Assembly: GCA_018302205.1 (NCBI GenBank)
Contig: JAGVZZ010000021.1
Coordinates: forward strand, 3,539 to 35,538
Source: Candidatus Woesearchaeota archaeon
Lineage (GTDB): Archaea; Nanobdellota; Nanobdellia; SCGC-AAA011-G17; GW2011-AR17
Reading direction: 5' to 3'
DNA length: 32,000 nt
Below the pieces are notes generated by a model. It worked only from the letters and a program-made list of their open reading frames with translations, was not told where the DNA came from and ran no database searches. Of the stretch, positions 18,390 to 25,815 are shown one piece after another; the stretch's first letter is position 1; every line of letters begins with the position of its first letter. Position numbers and translations under genes: made by a program.

Positions 18390-19481
18390 TTAATTTCCAA
18401 AATAATCTTCTCTAAATTTTTCAAACCAATTCTTATCAATCTTTAGTTTCTCATCACTTTCTTTAGCAAGTTCTTCCATCAACTTCTTTTGTTTAGAACT
18501 TAACTTAGCTGGTGTTCTAACTTGCACTCTAACTATCTGATCCCCAGTTCCGTGCCCATGAATATTTTCAACACCTTCGCCTTTCAAACGTAGCATTGTT
18601 CCGGATTGTATTCCTGCAGGAACTTTCAAATTAACTTCCCCTCTGATTGTTGGCACTTTTACAGAATCTCCTAATGCAGCTTGTGCAAAACTAACCGGAA
18701 CTTCAACTAAAATATCATCATCTTTTCTAATAAACATTTCATGTGGTATAACAAATATTTCTACAAACAAATCCCCACTTCTTGAACCAAACTCTCCTGC
18801 TTCCCCTTCTCCAGTCAATCTTAATGTTGAACCTTCGAATACTCCTGCGGGTATTTTCACAGTGATCTTTTTATTCTTTTTTAATCGCCCATAACCTTTA
18901 CATTCTTTACAAACATGTTTGATTGTTTTACCTTGGCCCCTACATTCATCACACATTGTGGTTTGTGCAAACACTCCGAATGGAGTCCTAAAAGATTTTT
19001 GTATTCTTCCAGTTCCTTTACACTTCTTACAATTCTCTTCCCCTTCTCCACCAAGCCCATTACACTTTTCACATTTGTCTAATATAGAAATATTAATTTC
19101 TTTGTTCACACCAAAGCACGCTTCAAGGAAAGTAATCTCAATTTCATACTTAATATCTCGACCTCTATTTCTTCTTTTGCCTCGTCTTCCACCTAAATCA
19201 AAAAAACTTTCAAAAACATCTTCAAAACCTTGGAAATTTCCATTATTAAAACCTTGGAAGTTATTATTTGCTTCGGCACTTCCGTATCTATCATAATTTT
19301 CTCTTTTTCCGTCATCATTTAACGCCGAATACGCCTCATTAATCTCTTTGAACTTATGTTCAGCATCTTTATTCCCTTGATTCAAATCTGGATGATACTT
19401 CTTTGCAAGAGTCTTGTAAGCTTTCTTAATTTCTTCTTTCGAAGCATTCTTCTCCACTCCCAAAGTTTCGTAGTAGTCCAT
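18390..19481 (-). CDS. dnaJ: chaperone DnaJ (type I Hsp40)
   Basis: J-domain 'DYYETLGV..KKAYKTLAKKYHPD', a G/F-rich linker, and four CxxCxGxG zinc-finger repeats. Confidence 0.95.
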   Translation of the reverse strand: MDYYETLGVEKNASKEEIKKAYKTLAKKYHPDLNQGNKDAEHKFKEINEAYSALNDDGKRENYDRYGSAEANNNFQGFNNGNFQGFEDVFESFFDLGGRRGKRRNRGRDIKYEIEITFLEACFGVNKEINISILDKCEKCNGLGGEGEENCKKCKGTGRIQKSFRTPFGVFAQTTMCDECRGQGKTIKHVCKECKGYGRLKKNKKITVKIPAGVFEGSTLRLTGEGEAGEFGSRSGDLFVEIFVIPHEMFIRKDDDILVEVPVSFAQAALGDSVKVPTIRGEVNLKVPAGIQSGTMLRLKGEGVENIHGHGTGDQIVRVQVRTPAKLSSKQKKLMEELAKESDEKLKIDKNWFEKFREDYFGN

Positions 19482-19482
19482 T

Positions 19483-19626
19483 TTATTGATAGGTTTTATT
19501 ATCTACACAAAAACTGCCGCATCCACCTTTACAACAAACTCCACTCCTTTTCTTAAAAGGTTCAGAGCCCCCGTAACTTCCATGGGCTGTTGCTGTTTCG
19601 TAAGATCTGTCAGTTTTTTGGTACAT
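19483..19626 (-). CDS. unlisted 47-aa Cys-rich small ORF filling the dnaK-dnaJ spacer
   Basis: My translation: MYQKTDRSYETATAHGSYGGSEPFKKRSGVCCKGGCGSFCVDNKTYQ. Its ATG (19624-19626) directly abuts the dnaK stop (19627-19629). Its TAA (19483-19485) lies 1 nt before the dnaJ ATG. The region looks more G+C-rich than its surroundings. Confidence 0.4.
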   Translation of the reverse strand: MYQKTDRSYETATAHGSYGGSEPFKKRSGVCCKGGCGSFCVDNKTYQ

Positions 19627-21426
19627 CTATTTCTCCTCTTTATCGAACTCTGCATCAACAACATTATCATCCTTTTTCTCTTCTTTATTTTCGGATTCAT
19701 TTGTTTGTTGATATATTTTCATACCTATCTCTTGAACGACTTTATTTACTTTATCCATTTGCTTTGTAATTTTTTCTGCATTTTCAGATTTTAAAGTTTC
19801 TTTCAATTCATCAATTTCTTTCTGAATCTTTTCTTTGGTTGGTGCATCAACTTTATCACCATGCTCTGAAAGCATTTTCTCAGCAGTGTAAACTAAAGTA
19901 TCCCCGTGATTCTTAGCTTCAACTAACTCTGCTTTTTTCTTATCCTCTTCAGCATAGCTCTCTGCATCTTTAACTGCTTTCTCCATCTCTGCTTTATCCA
20001 TTCCAGAACCACCAGTTACAGTAATCTTATGTGTCTTTCCAGTTCCCAAATCTTTTGCTGAAACGTTTACGATTCCGTTTGCATCAATATCAAATGCAAC
20101 TTCAATCTGTGGAATTCCTCTCGGTGCTGGTGGTATTCCCACTAAATCAAATCTTCCTAATGATTTGTTATCAACAGCCATTGCTCTCTCACCTTGCATT
20201 ACATGAATTGTTACAGCTGGTTGATTATCTGCGGCAGTACTAAATATTTGAGACTTCTTTGTTGGGATTGTAGTATTCCTTTCAATTAATTTTGTCAATA
20301 CCCCACCTAAAGTTTCAATACCTAATGATAATGGTGTGACATCCAAAAGTAAAACATCTCTAATGTCCCCTTTCAAAATTCCACCTTGAATACTTGCTCC
20401 GATGGCAACAGCTTCATCAGGATTAATGGACTTGTCTCCTTCTTTTTGTAATAATTCTTTTACTTTTTCTTGGACTGCTGGAATCCTTGTTGATCCCCCA
20501 ACTAACAGAACTTTATCAATCTGTGACGGATCCAAGTTAGCATCCTTCAAAGCTTGCTTTACAGGTTTAACGGTTCTCTCAACTAAAACTTTAGTCAAAT
20601 CATTAAACTTGTTTCTTGTTAATGTCATCTCTAAATGTAACGGCCCTTTCTCAGAAGCACTTACATATGGTAATGAGATTGTGGTCTGTAATGATGTAGA
20701 CAATTCAATCTTTGCTTTCTCTGCAGCATCTTTCAATCTCTGTACTGCAACTCGATCATCTTTCAAATTAATTCCGTTTTGTTTTTTGAATTCATTTGCG
20801 ATATAATCGATTAATATTTCATCAAAATCATCTCCACCTAATCTATTATCTCCACTTGTGGACTTAACTTCGAAAACTCCGTCTCCTAATTCTAGAATAG
20901 AAACATCGAATGTTCCTCCACCAAGATCGAATACTAATACTGTATGCGCTTCGGTTTTATCTAATCCATATGCTAATGCAGCTGCTGTTGGTTCGTTGAT
21001 AATTCTTTCAACTTCGAAACCTGCAATTACACCTGCATCTTTTGTTGCTTGTCTTTGCGCATCATTAAAATAGGCTGGTACTGTGATTACTGCTTTGGTA
21101 ACTTTTTCACCTAAGTATGCTTCTGCATCATTTTTGATTTTTCTTAGAATCATTGCTGATACTTCTTGTGGCGAATAATCTTTTCCATCAATTGTAACTT
21201 TTTCATTTGTACCAATTAATCTTTTGATACTTCTTACTGTATGTAATGGATTTGCAACAGCTTGCCTTTTTGCTACTTCTCCAACAACAATATCATTTCC
21301 TTTGATTGTTATTACACTTGGAATGGTTCTTCCACCTTCTGCGGATGAAATAATTTTTGGTTGGTTTCCTTCCAATACTGCGACTGCTGAGTTTGTTGTT
21401 CCTAAATCTATTCCTATAATTTTCAT
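19627..21426 (-). CDS. dnaK: chaperone DnaK (Hsp70)
   Basis: '[10 protein letters not shown]', 'DLGGGTFD', '[14 protein letters not shown]' and full-length collinearity with Hsp70. GGAGGA lies 7 nt upstream of the ATG. Confidence 0.97.
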   Translation of the reverse strand: MKIIGIDLGTTNSAVAVLEGNQPKIISSAEGGRTIPSVITIKGNDIVVGEVAKRQAVANPLHTVRSIKRLIGTNEKVTIDGKDYSPQEVSAMILRKIKNDAEAYLGEKVTKAVITVPAYFNDAQRQATKDAGVIAGFEVERIINEPTAAALAYGLDKTEAHTVLVFDLGGGTFDVSILELGDGVFEVKSTSGDNRLGGDDFDEILIDYIANEFKKQNGINLKDDRVAVQRLKDAAEKAKIELSTSLQTTISLPYVSASEKGPLHLEMTLTRNKFNDLTKVLVERTVKPVKQALKDANLDPSQIDKVLLVGGSTRIPAVQEKVKELLQKEGDKSINPDEAVAIGASIQGGILKGDIRDVLLLDVTPLSLGIETLGGVLTKLIERNTTIPTKKSQIFSTAADNQPAVTIHVMQGERAMAVDNKSLGRFDLVGIPPAPRGIPQIEVAFDIDANGIVNVSAKDLGTGKTHKITVTGGSGMDKAEMEKAVKDAESYAEEDKKKAELVEAKNHGDTLVYTAEKMLSEHGDKVDAPTKEKIQKEIDELKETLKSENAEKITKQMDKVNKVVQEIGMKIYQQTNESENKEEKKDDNVVDAEFDKEEK

Positions 21427-21857
21427 TTTGTTTCCTCCATAGTTCCTACTATGACTTTTGCTGTTCTTAGAACTTGATCATTAATTTTATACCACGACTT
21501 GTACTTTATCTTTTTCTAATTCTTTATTTACTGCGATTGCTTCTTGTTCTTTTGGATTAAAGCATTCACATTCTATTTCTTTGATATTTTCGGTTTCAAA
21601 TATTTTATTCAATTGTTCATAAATCATTTTTATTCCATCATTCATTTCCGGAATTCTTTCAAAATTATCTTTTACTTCCAAGAATTTTCTAAGAATTTCT
21701 TCTTTTGTTCTATTCTTTATGTCTTCCTTTTCTTTTTGTACCCTATTTTTATAATTAATAAAATCAGCTTGTAATTCTTTTAACTGATTAAGGTACAATT
21801 CTTCTTTGCCTTCACATCTTTGCCTTCACAACATCCTTCGCATTTATGTTCTTCCAT
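21423..21857 (-). pseudogene. grpE: grpE, reading frame broken in two places (or assembly indels)
   Basis: The central frame (21490-21798) has 'LQADFINYKNRVQKE..FLEVKDNFER..GIKMIYEQL..FNPKEQEAIA'. The conserved C-terminus '[16 protein letters not shown]..' is in another frame and ends with a TGA that overlaps the dnaK ATG (ATGA). The ATG at 21857 is out of frame with the core because of a perfect 14-bp tandem duplication. Confidence 0.6.
21803..21830. repeat. perfect 14-bp tandem duplication (tctttgccttcaca x2) in the grpE 5' region
   Basis: Read directly: 21803-21816 equals 21817-21830. Deleting one copy joins the ATG at 21857 in frame to the grpE core (MEEHKCEGCCEGKEELYLNQLKELQADF..). Confidence 0.9.
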
Positions 21858-21914
21858 CTTGTAGAGTTTAAATCAACAAGAATGCTTTAAACAGAACTTA
21901 TATATAAGCTTTGT

Positions 21915-21927
21915 GGTCAAGTGGGCT
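21915..21927. repeat. 13-nt motif ggtcaagtgggct, 24 nt beyond the stop of transposase A; exact second copy at 28816-28828
   Basis: Exact match read in both places. The adjacent 11-mer ggctttgggaa (21924-21934) recurs inverted as ttcccaaagcc at 28805-28815. Confidence 0.85.
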
Positions 21928-21950
21928 TTGGGAAAGAATCCCTGTAAAAG

Positions 21951-23207
21951 TTACACAGTTACCATCTGTTTTACACAGGCCTCAAAATCTAACTTAATCC
22001 CTAACTCAAAGCTCTCTTGATTTAAGACACAAAGATTATGTACGAGGACTTTTGTAAGCAATTCATTCTTCTCGGCTTCAAAAGATTTAGTATGTAACTT
22101 GTTGCCAAATCTTGTTTTAAGCATGTGAAAATTGGTTTCAACATTACTCCTGCAATGATACTTTTGCAGATATTCTTCCTGGTTTATTTGAAACGCTCTG
22201 AACATTTTATGCCAAGTTTCAGATCCTTTTGCTTTTCCAGTTGCATTTTTTTTGAATGGGATATAAGGAATTAAGCCTAGAGCAAAAGCTACATCAAGAT
22301 TTTTTCTTGAGCTATAAGCTAAATCTGCAACTACAGTTTTAGCATCAATATATTTTTTAGAATTTTTAAGTAGACTGGGGAACTCAGTTGGATCAGCAAC
22401 ATTCTTTTTAGTAATTGAAACTTTAACAAAAATATTAGTTTTAGTTCCAATACACGCATGAAGTTTAAGCCATTCTCTTTCCTTACCTTCGAATTTTCCC
22501 CATTTATATTCTGACCATTGCGAGTACATATTTTTAGCAAAACCTGACGAGTCAATTGCAAGGTTTTCTTCAAGTGAAGCTAATGGTAGACTAGAAATTG
22601 TAATTAGCTCTTCTAATATTTTTGTAAGACTAACATCTGAAAAATAATTACTTAAAGTTTTATAGCAAGGGACTTTGGAAATAAATCTATTATCATTAAT
22701 ACTTTTTAAGATTGAAATTGTTTTTCTAAAACTTCCTCCAAAATAAATATGTATTATCATGCAGAATAATTCTTCTCGTAATTTGAATTCCTTTTGTGAA
22801 TATGGGCTATTAAGATAAGTTTCTATTAATTCTGAAGCTAATGATTTTACAATTCCAAACTCATTACTCTTAGCTTGTTCATAAGCTGGCCAATCTTGAG
22901 AGTAAGTTTTTTTGATTTTTGTAGCAACTTCTGGAGGTTTTGGTTTTTCTAAAGGCAGTTCTTGTTGAATAGAACAATCTACTTTATCCATTAAATCTCT
23001 GATCTTATTTAGGCTAATATCTTCTTTTCGAATGATTTCCTCTTCTGGAATTAATGTTTGCTGCTTCCAATAATGCTCATCGCATCCTAAATTGATTATG
23101 TCCTTATTTCCCATCATTTCAATTGAAAATAACCCTCTCTTTATATAACTTTGGTACTTTTCCCTTATTTTAAATTGAATTTTAAAGAGAAATCCTAATA
23201 AATCCAA
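21951..23207 (-). mobile_element. IS4/IS5-type DDE transposase gene (copy A)
   Basis: DDE context 'LAIDSSGF', 'VVADLAYSS' and 'YHCRSNVETNFHMLK' (Y-2-R-3-E-6-K). The listed start is TTG; ATGs at 23117 and 23114 are more likely starts. Confidence 0.8.
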
Positions 23208-23240
23208 ATATTTATAAATAAGAAAGGCCTATATTTTATT

Positions 23241-23447
23241 ATGTCAAAAGAGGTTATTAACGATCAAAAACAAAAAATAATAAAGGAAATTCAAGTAGGA
23301 AACGACAATAGACAATTTATTTTGCGTATCCCTACGAGAATATCTGATAAAACTATACTTGATAATTTTAAAAAAAGTTATGTTGCTGAAGTTGAATATG
23401 ATCCTTCAATAAAAAATCAAATAATAGTGAGGTTTAAGAATGGCTAA
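23241..23447 (+). CDS. small AbrB/SpoVT-like (swapped-hairpin) candidate DNA-binding protein
   Basis: 68 aa. 'RQFILRIPTRISDKTIL' resembles the AbrB/MazE beta-hairpin DNA-binding motif. Its stop overlaps the next ORF's start (ATGGCTAA). Confidence 0.35.
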   Translation: MSKEVINDQKQKIIKEIQVGNDNRQFILRIPTRISDKTILDNFKKSYVAEVEYDPSIKNQIIVRFKNG

Positions 23448-23643
23448 TATAGGATTAAAACCTTTTGAGTATACTATTTATTGTTTTCTTAAGAACGGCA
23501 GTGGTGATGGATACACAATTGCAGAAATTGCAACTTCAACTTATATGGATAGAAAAACTGCAAGTAGTTGGACAGGAGCTTTGGTAAAAAAACATCTTGT
23601 TAAAACTAGAAAATCTCGAGGAAAAATACTTTATTATATTTAA
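23440..23643 (+). CDS. small winged-helix (MarR/TrmB-like) DNA-binding protein
   Basis: 67 aa. 'GYTIAEIATSTYMDRKTASSWTGALVKKHLVKT' has the helix-turn-helix plus wing layout. Confidence 0.45.
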   Translation: MANIGLKPFEYTIYCFLKNGSGDGYTIAEIATSTYMDRKTASSWTGALVKKHLVKTRKSRGKILYYI

Positions 23644-23675
23644 TTTAAAGTAAAAATATTATTTTCTTTAAGGAT

Positions 23676-24374
23676 TTAACATCTGTGGATTGTTATTGAA
23701 TCAACATAATCAATATTAAATCTAAATGTCTTTATAGCTTCTTTTCCACTTTCATTTCCCTTGCAAGTAATAATATATTTTGCTTCTTTGGGCATTTTAT
23801 CTTTTTCGTATTCTAATTCTAGATATAACCCATATTTATCTTTAGGTAGTACATAATCATATCTAAAGTGAAAAGTATTAATCTCATTGAGTTCATCATC
23901 GTAATATTCTTCTTCTTTACAAGTTACTCCTTCATATTCAATTCCTTCAAAATAATCTAAATCATTGAGAGTATAAACAAAAAGAACTACACCCCCATAA
24001 TTATCTTTTTCAATTCCATATCCTTCTGGTTCCCCATAATACTGTTTAAATAATGATAATTGAATATTATTGCTATTTTTATTTTCTAAATTTTCAATAT
24101 TAGAATAAACCATAAAACCTCCACTACAAATAGTAAATTCATCAGTAGTCCCACCATCTACCATCATATTTTCAGAATTCCAAGGAATTATATTTTCTTC
24201 CGATTTCGTTGTTTCGGTAATTATTTCATCACTATCACAGATACTATTAGAATTTGAATCTAAACAACAACTTTCTCCAACTAGAATATATGGAGCATTA
24301 CAAGTAATTTCATTAGAACAACCAGCAATAAATAATAAACCTAATATCCATCCAGCAAGTATAATTATTTTCAT
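23676..24374 (-). CDS. lipoprotein-like secreted hypothetical protein
   Basis: Signal peptide with a lipobox-like 'LFIAGC', then a Cys-rich stretch 'CNAPYILVGESCCLDSNSNSICDSDE'. Confidence 0.5.
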   Translation of the reverse strand: MKIIILAGWILGLLFIAGCSNEITCNAPYILVGESCCLDSNSNSICDSDEIITETTKSEENIIPWNSENMMVDGGTTDEFTICSGGFMVYSNIENLENKNSNNIQLSLFKQYYGEPEGYGIEKDNYGGVVLFVYTLNDLDYFEGIEYEGVTCKEEEYYDDELNEINTFHFRYDYVLPKDKYGLYLELEYEKDKMPKEAKYIITCKGNESGKEAIKTFRFNIDYVDSITIHRC

Positions 24375-24391
24375 CTAACCAGTACCAATAC

Positions 24392-24403
24392 GTTACATGT
24401 AAC
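24392..24403. promoter_or_regulatory. perfect 12-bp palindrome gttacatgtaac upstream of the RHH gene (candidate operator)
   Basis: Read directly. Lies about 10 nt upstream of a TATA-like ttaataag (24413-24420), which is about 25 nt from the ATG at 24441, as expected for a leaderless archaeal promoter. Confidence 0.3.
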
Positions 24404-24440
24404 AATAACCAATTAATAAGCATTATGGTACTAATACTGT

Positions 24441-24587
24441 ATGCGTAAGAACTATGCGAATGTAAGTATTCCTTCAGAATTGATAGAGCTAATAGAAAAA
24501 ACTTGGAAAAAGAGTAAGAAAGGCTACAGAAGTCGTGCAGAGTTCGTTATTGAAGCTATTAGAGAAAAGATTGATAGAGAAAAATAA
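24441..24587 (+). CDS. unlisted 48-aa ribbon-helix-helix (CopG/Arc-like) protein
   Basis: My translation: MRKNYANVSIPSELIELIEKTWKKSKKGYRSRAEFVIEAIREKIDREK. It has the RHH layout of a beta-strand (NVSIPSEL), helix 1, and 'GYRSRAEFVIEAIRE' as helix 2. A T7 run follows the stop. Confidence 0.6.
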   Translation: MRKNYANVSIPSELIELIEKTWKKSKKGYRSRAEFVIEAIREKIDREK

Positions 24588-24656
24588 TTTTTTTATTCTA
24601 ATTTGAATATTTTGTATTAAAAAGATTTATATATAAATTTAGGTTGAATAAATAAT

Positions 24657-25595
24657 GTGAAATGTTATCCTATTGAAGAATTGTCTGATGATGAATTTGA
24701 AAAATTAGTGAATATTATCTGCCAAAGAATTTTAGGTTCCGGCCTGGTTTCATTTACAAAAGGTAAAGATGGTGGAAAAGATGGGAGATTTGAAGGAATA
24801 GCTCAAAAATATCCTAGTGACAAATCACCTTGGAGTGGAAGATTTATTATTCAATCAAAACATACAAATAATCCTATTGCAAGTTTCTCAGATCCTGATT
24901 TTGTGAATATTATAAATAAAGAAATTCAAAGAATAAAGATTATAAAAAGCTCTGAAGCCATAGATAATTATCTTATTTTTACAAATAGAAAACATACAGG
25001 TATAATTGGAGATAAATTAATTCAAAAGATTAAAGAAGAAGTAAACCTGAATAATGTTGAGATAATTGGTTTAGAAGATATAAATTTAGTTTTAAGACAA
25101 AATAATGATATTGTTAATATATTTGATCTTGAAAACTTAAAAAATCCTTTAAGAATATCTCCTGATGATGTAAAAGAGGTAATTATTGCATTTGACACAA
25201 ATAAAAATGAAATATACCCCAAAATCTTAATTGACCCTTTTAAACACATTGATATAGAAACAAAAAATAAAATTAATCAATTAAATGAAGATTATTTTCA
25301 ATTTATAAAGGATCGTTCACAGGTTTATTTTAAACAAATTGCTGATTTTTTGGGGGATCCTAAAAATAAACCTTTTAATGAAATGTATGAAAATATCATA
25401 GATGAATTACAAGCAAAAATAATTACAAATAGAAAGGACTTTGGAGATTTTAATTTCATCTTAGAATATTATTATGATTATATACTTATTCATTGTCCAG
25501 AACTTAAAAAAATCAAAAGATTAATTAGGGTATTTTTACATTATATGTATTGGAGTTGTGATATAGGTAAAAAAGAGGATGTTAAAGCCAACTAA
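24657..25595 (+). CDS. Mrr-like PD-(D/E)xK nuclease domain fused to a helical C-terminal domain (candidate LmuA/ABC-3C effector)
   Basis: 'DEFEKLVNIICQRILG', 'GKDGGKDG' (aa 36-43), 'FIIQSKH' (aa 63-69) and 'YLIFTNRKHTG' follow the Mrr catalytic-core order. GTG start; TATA-like tttatatataaa lies at 24626-24637. Confidence 0.6.
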   Translation: MKCYPIEELSDDEFEKLVNIICQRILGSGLVSFTKGKDGGKDGRFEGIAQKYPSDKSPWSGRFIIQSKHTNNPIASFSDPDFVNIINKEIQRIKIIKSSEAIDNYLIFTNRKHTGIIGDKLIQKIKEEVNLNNVEIIGLEDINLVLRQNNDIVNIFDLENLKNPLRISPDDVKEVIIAFDTNKNEIYPKILIDPFKHIDIETKNKINQLNEDYFQFIKDRSQVYFKQIADFLGDPKNKPFNEMYENIIDELQAKIITNRKDFGDFNFILEYYYDYILIHCPELKKIKRLIRVFLHYMYWSCDIGKKEDVKAN

Positions 25596-25815
25596 ACATA
25601 TGGACTTGGATTGTTCGGTAATAAAAATTACTGCTGATATAATTAAATTATTAAGTAAACAAAAGATTATTGAATATACAGATTTATTAAATCAATTAGA
25701 AAATATCAACGGCAAAGATGTCAAATATAATTTAGTTTCAAGTTTAAATATATTATATCTTTTAGGAAAAATTAGATATCATGCTAAAGATGATGTATTC
25801 GAGATGATACTATGA
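25579..25815 (+). CDS. 78-aa helical 'middle component' (candidate LmuC/ABC-3C MC)
   Basis: Small ORF wedged between the effector and the ATPase. Its stop overlaps the ATPase ATG (ATGA, 25812-25815). An alternative start exists at the ATG at 25600. Confidence 0.5.
   Translation: MLKPTKHMDLDCSVIKITADIIKLLSKQKIIEYTDLLNQLENINGKDVKYNLVSSLNILYLLGKIRYHAKDDVFEMIL

Noticed and set aside
18881-19794. ORFs 18881..19072 (-), 18919..19296 (+), 19356..19556 (+), 19486..19794 (+) and 19503..19700 (-)
   Set aside because: They overlap dnaJ or the dnaK 3' end in wrong frames and translate to low-complexity sequence. Only the 47-aa frame that fits exactly between the dnaK stop and dnaJ start was kept as a candidate.
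20031-21442. Plus-strand ORFs inside dnaK (20031..20243, 20402..20806, 20858..21073, 21224..21442)
   Set aside because: Antisense to a full-length, highly conserved Hsp70 gene.
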